From Callorhinchus milii (Eukaryota): a stretch of 64,000 bases of DNA. Numbering within the stretch: position 1 is the first letter of the stretch; each line of letters begins with the position of its first letter. A model generated the notes under the pieces. The model did no database searches. It was not told the DNA's origin and saw only the letters and a list, made by a program, of their open reading frames with translations. Location: assembly GCF_018977255.1 (NCBI RefSeq), contig NW_024704743.1, positions 104,596,001-104,660,000 of the forward strand, in the 5' to 3' direction. The position numbers and the translations under genes are program-made. Shown here piece by piece: positions 25,745 to 38,600 of the stretch.

Positions 25745-26120
25745 TCATTCCCCATTCACCATTGACTGGTGGCCTTTCACGTGAAAGGCACTGTATATAT
25801 ATATATATATATATCTGTATAAATTGTATATGTATTGCAGAGTACTTTGTGCGTAAGCGACTTTACAAAGCACGACTCAAAAATCACGTGGACTACTGAA
25901 TAGCACAGAAAGGTTTCAAGAAGTTGATTAAATAAGATAGAGGTTTTTTTTTAGAGGGTTTGATTGAAGGGAGAGTACGGATTAAGTGAAGGGATTGGGA
26001 GGGACTGCCAGGGAGTAATGACATATTGACTGAAGTTCACTTTGCTCACCCTTCCTCAGTTCATCCACATTCTTTTCCAAATTGATCTTGATTTATTCTG
26101 AGGTTCTCTTTGCCATCTAT

Positions 26121-26410
26121 GTGGAGTCTTGTAGATCAGTGGTTAGCGCGCTCGCCTCACAAGCGAGTGACCTGGGTTTGATTCCCGGCAAGTTTCCTTA
26201 CTCCACACGCTCTGTTTACCTAACGGTAAGTAGGAAACTGGTTGTCAGTCGATTGGTTTGGTCGCATTTCAAGGGATAATAATTCTTCAAAGAAATAATA
26301 ACTTGGTCACTCAATCCATGACTATTTGTGGGACACGCCCACAAAATATACAGTCAATTCACTTCACAGTATGTTCTGTGTAGCTCTTTGAGATGTCTCG
26401 AAGACATGAT
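26121..26410 (+). mobile_element. tRNA-derived SINE, longer and older subfamily
   Basis: Same head and core plus an extra internal segment (CTCTGTTTACCTAACGGTAAGTAGGAAAC...GTCGATTGG). Confidence 0.85.
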
Positions 26411-27506
26411 CATTTTTATTTTTTAAAATTATTGATTATTATTATTTTTGTGTCAACGAATGTTGTAGGACCAAAACCATTGATTTATGCTTTTGGAATC
26501 AAATCAAATTCCTACCAGATTCTTGCTTTTCTCCAAAGACTAACAATATAGTTGTGTGATGGGGTTAGACTTCTGTGGCTCGTAACTATGTCCCCAACTA
26601 GCTCTCGCAGACATACTGGAGCTCTAAAACATCTCAAAGCAATGATTCTAAACAGAACTTTTTACGGAAGAATAAACCAAAAAGAGAAAACTTCTTTGTT
26701 GTTGATTGCAACACATAAAATAATCTCACGAGATTATATATATAAAGAAATGCCAAATTATAGGGTAATTTTAAATTGACTGTAGACTCCTATGGTTCTA
26801 ATGAAGTCAGCCCATTTTACTTTCTGTAACAGAAGATATTAGATTACCTGTCTGACATATTTCTTTTCTATTTTTTTCATAAGCAAAGAAAACAGCAGGA
26901 GATTTGCATCACATTATTTATATTGGTTACATGATCTAAACCTCTTGTAATGCAGTCTGATCAATTCAAAGTCAAAATGGGATTTCCAAATTCCAAACTT
27001 AACACCATTTACGGAGGACCACTTTTTGCTGTTAATTTGTAAATATGGATAAATTGGGTGATGTTCTGTAATGTGTGAATTATCCAGTCAAAATTGTGTG
27101 AACAAGTATAAATCATACTTTACTACCTATTACTCTATCTATTTAACATTTTGACAACCATCACTAATATCTTCTTCATTTAATATTTTCCATGGTTTTA
27201 TTCACACTAGATAATTTACTCTGTATAAAGGGAGATTGTTAAATCTTTGTTTACGTCTGAGGCACATATAATTTTATAGTGATAGTATAGTTTTCTTATT
27301 AATCTCAAAAGACTACTGATACAAAAAATAAAAAATAATGCCACAGTATATTCTCTTTAATTTGGCAGTTAACCAGAATAATGGATTGGGAAAAGAAATA
27401 AAATGGTCTCAATTTTATTCCCGCATATTTAACTTGAACTTACATATGATTGGTCAAAAGTTAAAAACAATATTCTTGCTAAATTCTGTTTTCTCCAAAT
27501 ACTGAC

Positions 27507-27592
27507 CTGGGAACAGCAACTCCTTCCGAGCAGTGGGTGAAATGTATGAGAGTATTGTCATCATCCTCCTGTACGAATCCCAGATACAATCC
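27507..27592 (-). CDS. Candidate exon GLYLGFVQEDDDNTLIHFTHCSEGVAVP
   Basis: Acceptor cactcattatacag|, donor CAG|gtcagt, phase 0>2, open. Confidence 0.6.
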
Positions 27593-27684
27593 CTGTATAA
27601 TGAGTGATAGCTCCGCCAATTGGAATGACAAATTTTCAGTAGTAGATACTTACATCTCTGTATATCAATCAAGACATGTGCATA

Positions 27685-28059
27685 TAATAATAATCCTTGC
27701 ATTTATTATAGTACCTTACCATGTCTTCGAGACGTCTCAAAGCGCTTCACAGAATATACTGAAACGTAAAATGACTGTATATTTTGTGGACGAAATGCGG
27801 CAGCCAATTGCGCACAGCTGTGTCCATCAAACAGTCGTTGATTGAATGACCAAATTAAATTATTATTATTTTTTTGAAGGAATTATAATCCCCAGAAAAG
27901 CGATCCGCCAATCAACTAACAACTGGATTCCTACTTACTGCGAGGTAAACAGAGGCATATGGAGTAAGGAAATTGGCCCATTGTTTCGCCCTGCCGGGAA
28001 TCGAACCCAGGTCCTTTTGCTTACGAGACGAGTGCTCTAACCACTAAGCTGCAGGACTC
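27685..28059 (-). mobile_element. tRNA-derived SINE, longer subfamily
   Basis: Reverse copy with the internal segment. Confidence 0.88.
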
Positions 28060-28450
28060 TTCAGTTTAGAGGTTGAGGGGCAATCTGATTAGGTTGTTTA
28101 AAATAATAGAGATTCGATAGGATAGCTACAGACAAATTGTTTCCTCCAGTCGGGGAATCCAGAAGAAGGAGGCAGCATCTTAAAATTAGAACTAGGCCAT
28201 TTAGGAGTGATCAAAGTAATAATTTTTTCATGCACAGGGTAGTGGAAATCTGGAACTCTCTCATCTAGAAGGCTGTGGATCCATTCAAATTTTCAAGACT
28301 GAGATGAATAGATTTTTGTTAGGTAAGGGTTTCAAATGATATGGGGCAAAAGCACATAATTGGAGTTGAGGTACAGATCAACCACGATTTAATTGAATGG
28401 CAGAACAGGCTTGCGGGACTAAATGGTCTACTCCTGTGCCTATGTTCCTG
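28060..28450 (+). mobile_element. CR1-clade LINE 3' end
   Basis: AGAGGTTGAGGGG.AATCTGATT...AGGGTAGTGGAAATCTGGAACTCTC...AAATGGTCTACTCCTG. Other CR1 scraps at about 590-720, 23165-23300, 32945-33070, 35920-36245, 39100-39210, 61050-61250. Confidence 0.8.
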
Positions 28451-28499
28451 TGAATAGAGTGTACACTATCCCTGAAGAGACACACTTTGCTCATCTGAC

Positions 28500-28678
28500 C
28501 TGGAGACTACGAGGCTCCGTTTTTGGCAAGAGCACATCTTGAGGACTCTCGGAGTGTATTTTGAGAGTACTGCTGGAGTTTATCCAACTAAAAACAGTCA
28601 GCTTGTCATTGCAAATACTGTCTGACAAGCTTTCTGCTGTTTCTCCAGCCGGCATCACTGTACCTGTTAAGGCTTTGG
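28500..28678 (-). CDS. Candidate exon KALTGTVMPAGETAESLSDSICNDKLTVFSWINSSSTLKIHSESPQDVLLPKTEPRSLQ
   Basis: Long polypyrimidine tract ...ttctcattaaccttcaag|, donor CAG|gtcaga, 179 nt, open, phase 1>0. Confidence 0.6.
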
Positions 28679-29062
28679 CTTGAAGGTTAATGAGAAATAA
28701 ATGAAGAGAGTAGCAATTTTACACAGCAGAGGGCAGGTTGGAAGAATCATTTAAGAATTCAATCTACTGAAATTTAAAAAATATTTTATTTTTAGGAGCG
28801 TAAGAGTTCTTCTGCTTTTTATCCTTTACATCTGATATCCTATTTATATTGGTCCTACATTTTGGCTGCTTCGGACCGGATTCTCTGTTTGAGAAAGGTC
28901 CATGGGCCACATAAGCAATATTTTGTGTTCCTCTTGCAGAAACATAACAACACTGACTTTCCATGCTTCTGGATGCATCAGCTTCTTTCAGAGCAGATAT
29001 ACTCAATGCTCACACACACACAAACACAGTACATTCCTCTTTCAGTGCAATGGTGGAATCAC

Positions 29063-29750
29063 AACACAATACAAAATTACACGTGGGGAGGACATCCCAA
29101 GGTGCTGGACGGTCAGGGATTTGGACCTGAGCTGGGGGTCGGGATCGGGGAGGGTGGAGGGCAGGGAGGGTAGGAGGGTGGCCAAAGGATTGGTCGAAGA
29201 GGAGGATTTTGTGACACGCCTTGAAAGAGGCAACGGAGGGAGTGAGGCGAAGGATATGTGGGATGAAGTTCCAAAGCGTTGGGGCAGAGCGGCTGAAGGC
29301 CCGACCACCAATGATGCGGTGGGCCATGCAGGGACATGGAGCAGGCTGAATTGAGGGAGCAGACAGGTTGATATGGGGTCGGATGTCGCAGAATTTGGGA
29401 GAGGCAAGGCCATGGGGCTGAGAATGTGGAGCCAGTGGAGCTGGGTCGGGGTGATGGGGTCACAGGGCGTGGTGCAGGAGAGGACACAAGCTGTAGAGTT
29501 CTGGATGATCTGCAGGTTGTGGGGGGAAGAGTTGGGAAGGCTGACAAGCAAGGAGTTGGCGTAGTCAAGCTTAGATGTGATGAATGTGTAGATGAGGGTT
29601 TCGGCGACCTGAGGGGTGAGGCACTGGTGGAGCCGGGCGATGTTGTGGAGGTGGGGGAAGGCAGAACGGGTCATGGCACAGATGTGGGGAAAAAAGGACG
29701 GTTGAGGGTCAAAGAAAATGCCAAGGTTCCAGACCGGCTCAGTGATGCTG
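29063..29750 (-). mobile_element. L2-clade LINE 3' fragment
   Basis: AETLIYTFITSKLDYANSLL, LQIIQNSTA and GGRAFSRSAPTLWN motifs. Confidence 0.9.
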
Positions 29751-31845
29751 CCAGTGCCTGAGGTATAGAGGGGTACTAAATTGTAATCTCCTCCATGAAC
29801 TTCAATAGGTTATGAAAATGATGGTTCCTCCAAATCAAAGGGTTACAATTGTGAGAAAATTATCACATAAAAATTATTAATACTAATAATAATCCTTAAA
29901 TTTGATATAGCCCCTTTCACGTTTCAAACTGCTTTACAGGATTTACTGTTTTTTGTAAGCGTACAAGGCAGCTAATTTGAACAAAAGCAGTCATGAAACA
30001 CATGACCAGGGCCAATAGAAAATTGCGGAAATATATGACACAAATTTGGGGGGGATTTGTCAAATTTTGCAGAAAAATGCAAGGGGTTGATTGGTGCTAT
30101 CAAGAGGTACATTTTACTGCCAATCTACATTTTTTCACCTTACTGATAAAAATGAAATATGAAGAAATAACACATACAGTATTAGATGCAAAAACAATTA
30201 TTAATGTTTTCTTCAACAAACCTGGGTGACCAAATCGGGGGGGAGGGTTGGAAAATCAGTCCTGACCGAGGGGCTCCAGGAATTCACCACCGCCTGCCTC
30301 TCGGAGCCCACCCTCACACACAGAGATGCATGTGTATGTGTAGCGAAGGGTGTGTGTGTGTGTAGCAGTGGGGATGTGTGCAGTGGAGGGGTGGAGTGGT
30401 GGGGGCGCGGAAGGGGTGTCTGTAGTGGATTCCGCGGAAAAATTGAGGCCATAAGAAATGTGGAAGCCTCTCGGGAAACATATTGGCATGTTAGGATAAT
30501 GAGGTTGAATGGTTGCATTAGCTCATGTGCTTTCTAAACCAAATTCTATCAACCCTGCAATCAAACATCCTAGAGAAAAGAGAATAAAATCTGCAAATCA
30601 AAGATGGCTAGAATGTCAACTGTCAGTTGTGTCAGTTGTGGGACTGGGCATATAACAATACAATCACCAGAAGGTAATAAAAGCTGACTGTCAATGCCGT
30701 TTAAGATAAACTGTAAACATGTATGAGCTGGAGGGTGAGAATCCTATACCTGTCTAATGCGTAAGGTGCTGCAGCTTCCCAGAGGCATTAGACTCATATA
30801 ATTCTGCTGCAGATGGCTGACATCTCCGGCTGCAATTATCACACATTTTAGAGATCTTCCATTCCACAATGTGTATGTGTGGGCACTTAGTTTTCAAATA
30901 TACGAAAACTAATATTTGCCCGTACTTTCACAATGCATCTTAAAATGTATACTTGTTAATATCTGGGCTATTAAGGAGGAAAGACGATTTATGAAATAAT
31001 TAGAATCAGTATTACTTTTTATAATAATAATCCTTGCATTTAATGTAGCTTTATCACATTGTCGAAACATGTCAAAACTCTTCACAGGATTTACTGTGTA
31101 GAGTAGTGACTGTGTATTTATAGGCAAATATGACAGCAATTTGCACACAGTAGTATTCCACAAAAAGCCACAAAATTAATGCCCGATTTTATCTGGGGAA
31201 TTGTTGGCCAGACCACCAGGACAAACTTCTTTCTCTTTTCAAACACCTACCTCAACAGGCAGGTGGGATCTTGGTTTTACGTCTCATCCAAAGAATAATA
31301 ACATCTGACTCCGACAATGCAGCACTCCCCTAGCACTGCATTGGAATATCAGTCTTGATTATTTGAATAGAGAAGGGAGTTTTTCTTTTCCCCCAGAAAA
31401 AATACAGTTATACACTTTATGACTCTTTGTGACATTGTTTTATGTAAATTGGCTACCAAATTCAGCTGCAAATTACAAGATTACATAAGAGCTCTGGAGA
31501 AATGAATTGATAACATATCATCCGACTGAAGAATAGCATCACAAAAAGTATTTACGGTATTAAAATTTTAGCTTATTATAAGATAGAAATGAAGCATATC
31601 TTAATCACAGTTCTTTCCCCAGGATCTCTAACAACATTGATATTTACAAGGAGACTTCATGAGGATTTAAAAAGGAATTAAATTAAAAAGTGACAGCACT
31701 CTGAAGAATGTTTTTGTGTTTATTAAAATAACCTAGTAATGCTTCAAACTAAATTGATTTTGTTTTAAGAATATAAGTGCAAAGAATTGTGCTTATAGAT
31801 TATACAGACGGATTAAATTCATCACAGCACTTAATTGTTTTTTCA

Positions 31846-31902
31846 TTTTACAGCATAAATTCTTCACTTTATAGCATAAAATGTTCACTTTGTAACATAA
31901 AT
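31846..31902 (+). repeat. Short ~21-bp tandem repeat, 3 copies
   Basis: TTTACAGCATAAATTCTTCAC / TTTATAGCATAAAATGTTCAC / TTTGTAACATAAAT. Confidence 0.7.
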
Positions 31903-31914
31903 CTCCCATTCTCA

Positions 31915-32240
31915 GTCTAGCTCAGTTGATAGCACTCACTTCTGATTCAGAAGGTTGGGGGTCCATTTTATTTTGAACTATTGTAGCCTAGGCTTACATT
32001 CCAATGCAGTACTGCGAGTACACTGCATTATTGGGAGTGCCATTCTTCAGATGAGGGATTAAACCAAGGTCCCATCTGCCTGTTCAGGTGGATGTTCCAT
32101 GGCACTATTAGAAAAGAGAATGGAGTTCCTCCCGATGTCCTGACCGACCACTCCCAAGTAGAAATGGTCATTCACTTCATAGCTGTTTGTAGGACATTGA
32201 TATGTGGAAATTGGGTGCCTTGCTCACGGACAAAATATAC
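31915..32240 (+). mobile_element. Old DeuSINE-type element (SacSINE1/AmnSINE1-like)
   Basis: tRNA-like head AGCTCAGTTGATAGCACTC...TCAGAAGGTTG and core GATGAG..TTAAACCAAGG..CAGGTGGATG..CATGGCACTATT..GGTCATTCAC..GCTGTTTGT. Many degraded relatives, e.g. about 4500-4720, 10620-10810, 20720-20890, 31020-31360, 40130-40290, 44335-44520, 49700-49950, 53550-53790, 57990-58170. Confidence 0.75.
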
Positions 32241-32267
32241 AAACACCGGACCTTATAGAATTAAATG

Positions 32268-32624
32268 TAATAATAATAATAATCCTTGCAATTAATATAA
32301 CGCCTTATCATGTCTTTGAGATGTCTCAAAATGCTTCACAAACTATACTGTAAAGTGATTTGACTGTATATTTTGTGGGCAAACCGCAGCAGCCAAATGC
32401 CCACAGCAGAGTCCCACAAACAGTCATGCATTGAGTGACCAATTATTATTTTTATTTTTTTTGAATGAATTATTACCCCCAGAAAAGAAATCCACCAATC
32501 GACTAACAACCAGGTTCAGAGGCGTGTGGAGGAAGGAAACTTGCCCAAAGTTTCACCCTGCTGGGAATCGAACCCAAGTGTCTCGTTTGCAAGATGAGTG
32601 CTCTAACCACTAAGCTACAGGATT
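32268..32624 (-). mobile_element. tRNA-derived SINE, longer subfamily
   Basis: Reverse copy with a partial internal segment. Confidence 0.88.
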
Positions 32625-33746
32625 GCAAATGTAAGGAATATTAGTATTACTATTAGTATTTGTGGCACAAACTGCTGGCTTCAAAGTATGGATTATATCA
32701 TAATTAATATCTTAGGGTAAATTTAATGAATTGACCTTTCTCAGCTCATTGTTTTCCCTTTTTAAATGTTTGGAGTTGCTGCGCAGTGACATGTTACAAG
32801 GGCCGGCTTCAACCCTATTTCTGCATATTCATTTGCCACCAAATATGGCTGATATGTAACATGTCCCTCGAGATAAATACACAAATCCTAATGATGATTC
32901 TTCTGACCTTCTTCCCTGCAGAATCTCTACACATCTGGTCGCCTGTCATAGAAGCATAGAATTTCTCCCTATCTACTCTATCAAAACCCCTCATAATTTT
33001 GAACACTTTTATTAAATCTTCCTCAACCTTCTCTGCACTAAGGAGAATAATCTCAGCCTTTCTAGCCAGTCCTTCATTTTCCCAGACACATGAGTGTTCA
33101 GTTTCAGCTATTTTATCTGAATAAACGTTAGTTGAGTTGGGTGCCACCCGGTGAAGGAAAGATGTGTCAATTTTTAATTAAGAGTGGAGTGCTTGAGATA
33201 GGAATATACATTAGAATCGGTCTTTAATTCTGTTCTGCACAAGGCACCTAGCGGCCTTTAATATAATCACTGCCAGTAGATTATTAACTATTCTGAGTTA
33301 TGTGACATTTAATGGAAAATGTGAAATGATGTTTTAATGCTGCAAAACCTGCCCGATAACAGTTAACTTGGCCAAAGAAAATGTTTATCTTCTCTAAGAA
33401 ATGATTTTGGTTCTGCATGAAACTGCATTAAAGTAGATAAATAAACTAGCTAATGATTGATTCTTTATTAGGATTCTCGGCAAAACACATCTTAATACAT
33501 CCTTATTGTTCTATCTTCATTGAAGTTGCGGTTTATGATAGACTTTATGTTATTGCTCAGTTATTCTACTTTACAATGCACTTTATTTTCGTGCCTTCAG
33601 GCTTGTACTGACATTATTCAACACAGAATTGGACTAAATATTTTAATGACGCATTCAAGTGTGGATCTTACCTTGGACTCTGGTGTGTCCACATCAATTT
33701 ATTTATACCATTGAATAGTAATGTTTTTTTTAAGCAAAGCATTTAC

Positions 33747-33834
33747 TGTTTAGTGAAAAATAGACGCCATGAAGCATATTCTACACTCAAACTAAGCCCA
33801 AATTGCAGCAAAGGGTATTTTAGACCAAATATAT
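33747..33834 (-). CDS. Candidate exon DIFGLKYPLLQFGLSLSVEYASWRLFFTKQ
   Basis: Acceptor aattgtccag|, donor CA|gtaaat, phase 1>2; could join a further candidate at 28859-28932 (GTQNIAYVAHGPFSNRESGPKQPK). Confidence 0.3.
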
Positions 33835-34779
33835 CTGGACAATTTCTGGTTGTTTCACAACAGGCAAGTGGCACATGGAATTTGATTCTCAGTGTTAGTT
33901 TAGATATTTTCTGTGTTTGTGTTCTCCATAGCAATAATGTTACAAAGCATTGAAATATTCACATCACACCTTCACATTTTTGTTATAATATCCATCTGCA
34001 TTATCTTTCACTCAATAACAAAAACAAGCAATTGACATTTTTCATTGCTACAATCTACATAGCTGCTGAAGAGAAAAGCATAATAGTGGTTCAGGCTAAT
34101 GTTATGTTTGGTACTAAAATATAACTTCTATGCATTAGATAATCTTTAATGATATGAATGTTTCAATACTCTAAAATTATTACTATGGAGAATACAAATG
34201 CAATGCATATCTAAACAAGCTCAAGAACCATGCTGCACTTAAACAGAGATGAAAAAAACAGATATGTATACTTGTACTAAAATAACACTGTTATTCTTTG
34301 CATTGGCCATCTGTTTGCTTCAAAACATCATCAAACATGTTTTGCTCAAAGTTTACTGTGGCTTTGTTACCTAGGAGCAATGAGGCTTGTTACCTCAGTG
34401 CCTTGGGACATCCTTCCGACGTGAAAGGTGCTATACAAATGTAATTTTGTTGTTGTTGTTGTTGTATATAAATGCAAATTGTTGTAGAAACCGTAAAAAA
34501 TAATCTTAGTGTAAAAAATATAAATTTTCATGTAAAATGTAAGACTGGAGTCCCTAAACTTTGGCTCCCACTGACTATACCTAGCATAACCCACATTCGA
34601 TTAGCAAGGGTGCATACTAATAATAAAGGTGCATCCCTCCAGGGAGAGAGTTCTCATTCAAATGTAGGCAACCGGGAAATTTTCATGCAGAGGTGGCATG
34701 TGTATGTGGAACTCGCAGTCTAGTATAGACACTTTTTCTAAATTGAGTGTGTCTAATTATTTTTTGTCATTTTCCCCCT

Positions 34780-35160
34780 CTGACATGTGCCTCTTTGCCT
34801 CTTGTCTAGCCTCCTCTCGCTGAGGTGCAGTTCCACAGGAGTTTGTTGCTCCCTGGTGCTCATTCAAGTGGTCATTATCCATGGTGTGAGAATTGGCAAT
34901 GAATATCAGCAGGTCACGAGAGTATCACAACTGAACCTGACCTCTCCCCACCCAGCTTGCTAAATATGTACATGTGTATAACCAGTAGAGGGTGGTGCAG
35001 AAGGATCAGATTCAGGAACCATGGCTGGCTTTCCCCTCCCTAACCCTGGGAAGTCCCCAGCCACTTCAGCCTCCCATGCAACCCTAGCAGAGAACACGTA
35101 CTGGGATTCCAACCTGTGAGCTCCTAGTCTGTAAGATGCATTACACCATTGGGACATCTC
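34780..35160 (-). mobile_element. Old dispersed SINE-like repeat of a separate family
   Basis: Shares motifs (GAGGTGCAGTTC, CCTGACCT) with 17050-17230; related fragments at about 21770-21900 and 50070-50210. No family name assigned. Confidence 0.5.
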
Positions 35161-35629
35161 TTAGTGTTTGAATACTCTTAAGGTGGTGAAGGGTTTACAC
35201 ATATGTCAGACACCTGTCTGACCAAAAAAAGGAAGGATTCTCTAAAATAGCAATAATAAACGTTTTAAAGATCTTGTTGCTTTTAATACAGAGGACTGAG
35301 AAAGACACTTGGCACCATGGAACAAAGAGGAGAAAGGAAGATAAAATGGGTAAAAGAAAATCAGTTCACAACTGAGTATATCACACATCAATTGTTACAG
35401 GTACCAATGATGTTTCCCATTAAATCCAAGAAAAAAAATGCTCATTTTATCTATGATAGACCCACTATGCTGGATGTCAATGAGAGTTTTAATATAATTT
35501 AAAAGTGTAAATGTCATCTGATTTTTAAAATAAAATGGGAGCAGTTTTGTATTTTCCACTCTTCTGCTGAATGAACGAGTTCTCTCTTGCTCTCTAGTAT
35601 CTCTCTTGCTGAAGAATTCCCACTCTCAC

Positions 35630-35677
35630 CAAATTCCTGCAAAGAATTCCCACACTGTTCTGTTCTCACTATTAAAC
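35630..35677 (-). CDS. Candidate 48-nt exon (LIVRTEQCGNSLQEF)
   Basis: Strong acceptor ctatcttttctacctag|, donor TTG|gtgaga. Confidence 0.35.
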
Positions 35678-38600
35678 CTAGGTAGAAAAGATAGGGCTTA
35701 AGCACAAGTAAATGGAACTGAGGTACAACTGTGAAACGTAGAAAGGGAATGCAAAGATAATTTTTATTAGAATTCTATCTCTCCTACAAAAAATACATTC
35801 AGCAAGTCCTGTGAATAGTGCTTTGTGACATCCTCCCGATGTCAAAGATGCTAATGCAAATGCAAGGATTTTTTCTCTATACTGAGTTTTTTTCACCTTG
35901 CCACAGAAAATACATTTGCATTAGGAAAGGGTACAGAAGAGGCTCTGGTTGAAGTATATGAAACATTCCAAGGTATGGATATGGAATGGAAAACCTTTTA
36001 AACTTGTTTGGCTTTGAGATTCCTCCAAAACATGGTTTTGAGTGGTTTATGGAGGGAGCAGGTTTGATAGGGCAAGGGGTTTCTTTGGATCAGACAGTTG
36101 TGGGTTTCAAGAGGAAAGTCGCAAGATGCATGAAAAATAAAGGGTTGAAGGGGAGAGGGACAAGAAGTGGGATTCAATAGATAGCTTGTTCTGAGTGTTG
36201 GTGTAGACCCTATCATCTTCTACACTGTAAATTTCTATGATTCGATCTTGCCTTATGTACTTATAAAATAATAATATATTAATAATCCTTGCATTCGATA
36301 TAGCATCTTATCTCATTGATGGGATGTCTCAAAGCACTTTACAGAATATATTGTAAATTGGTTTGACTGTATTTGTGGGCGAAATGCAGCAGCCAATTGC
36401 ACACATCAATACTTCACAATAAGCCAAGAACGTAAGGCCAGGGAACATGATAAATACTGGTGAAAAGTAAATTTAGAGTGTAAATCTCTGATGATCTGTA
36501 TAATTACTGACTGGCAAATAATAAAAAGGACTCGCCTGCCAAGATTAGTGAAATTATTTATGAATCAATCTAATAGAAGAAATAGCAAGATTTAAACATC
36601 TTTGTTCAAACACATGCTAATTGTTTAGCACAATCTATTAACTAAGGTAATAGAGGACAAGATCACTAAGATTATTTAAATTATATCTAGATAGCATAAT
36701 GAGAAAGATAAATTATGGGAGATGAGTTTAATTGGATCAAGTCGCCTTTCCTCATCCCTCATGTTAAATGTTCTTATAATTATATTTTTATCCACTGAAA
36801 GGGAATCAATCACAGATACTCAGGCAAATGGAGGCAAACCACAAACTTAGGAAGAACTAGTTTAAGCGAATAAAATAAAACTATAAGGCCCCTGAGGCAA
36901 CCACAAAACTGGATTCTTATGGAGGTTTGAGAGAGCAAGGGCAAAAAGTGCATATTTCCCATTGCGATCTTCAGCAAGACTAAAAGAGCAGCAAAGAATC
37001 CCAAAAGATGTAAAATTGGAAGAATAGATTTTATTGTAATATTAAAGAAAAAATGCAAATATGATTTAAGATTAAGTAGTTTCCAAAGCCCTGCATTTTT
37101 TGCTTGGATTTATATATTGTAGCAAGGTGAGTCATTGACCTTGCAGCATTTGAGTACTTTGATGTAGAACTGCACAATTCCCCTTTGGAGAAGTGCACTT
37201 GCTGTCTGATAATAGCACAGCTTCCAATAAGATGTCATTAGACTACAGAAAAGGTTTATTTGGGAGGGATGGAAGATGGGGGAGCTCCTGAAATGAATAC
37301 AGAAGATTTAAATTTGCACCAGCAGATGTGTAATATTAAACATTTGACTGACACCAATCCAATTAAAATCATGGTGTGATAAGTTTGAAACATTCTGGAT
37401 GTCGCACTTTTATATTTATTAATGCTATGTTTATTGTGGCCCGATTCTGTACCTAGAGACGAAGATCTTGAAGGTTACTGGTATGTTCCCTTATACATTA
37501 CAATATCTGGAGCAGCATGGAAGAGGATTGCATATTTTGCACCAGTATCATGAACACATTGGCTTGAGAAACAATCTGTACTGATTAAACTATCGAATAT
37601 TATACATTTTGACCAGAGTGGTGGTCAGGTTGCAAACTGATATGGTACTATTAATGGCCTGATACAGTAAGTGTTTACAGCAGGCAGCAAACTCTTACAG
37701 CTAACTCTGCAATGGTAATAAGGTAATTGAAAATCAGCATCTGACTCTTACAGGTAACATATTCCTTGTATCCCTTGCAAGCTTTCCAGTTTCCACGGGG
37801 AAGGCCCTTTCCAATGCATGTCAGCAGCTGTGGACTCTGCACTATGGGTGTAAACTACACTACAGTAAATGCTTTGAGACATCCTCTCATTGTGAAAGGA
37901 GCTATATAAATGTAAATTATATTGTAACATGGGATATATTCAGTGGCTATTACTGGGTCCTCCTTTCTAGAGAATTCAGTGTTCTCCAATGCCTTACAAC
38001 TGTCCTCCAAAATGAGAGATAAATGGAAGGCCAGAAAATGTACAGAACCAGGTGCTTCATTGAGTCAGGAGTCTGCACAGACATGTAGCAGTCAGAGGAT
38101 TAACAAATATGAGAGTCACATTTACAGTCATTGTGAATTTTAATACTTCAAATAGGCCCGACCCCACCCATTCTTGATGGTAAAGCCAGAGAATCTGAGT
38201 CATCAGCATCAAGCATTAGGGTTATGAGTTACCTGCTTTTGGAAATTATTTTTAGTTAAAAAGTTAGTAACAGTGTAAGGCCCCGACCTGGGGAAGGAAC
38301 TTCAAAGACATGGTCCCAGCTACTCTCAGGTTATCATTGAGAATGATGTTAGGGCATCTGCCTCCAGCAAAATATCCAGATAACTATCATGCGGCTTACA
38401 AATTTGACCCTTATTTATTTGTAACCATATATAGTTATCAGTGAAACCCTATTTAACTTATCTGGCATTTCTTTACAATACCATGAGACACATCGATGAA
38501 GGTTCATTTCACAATATTCCAGGATCACAAAATTGTTTAGATGAAGAAGGTCCTATATGATCCTTCCTAAATACCAACCATTCTGTCCTCCCATCACAGC

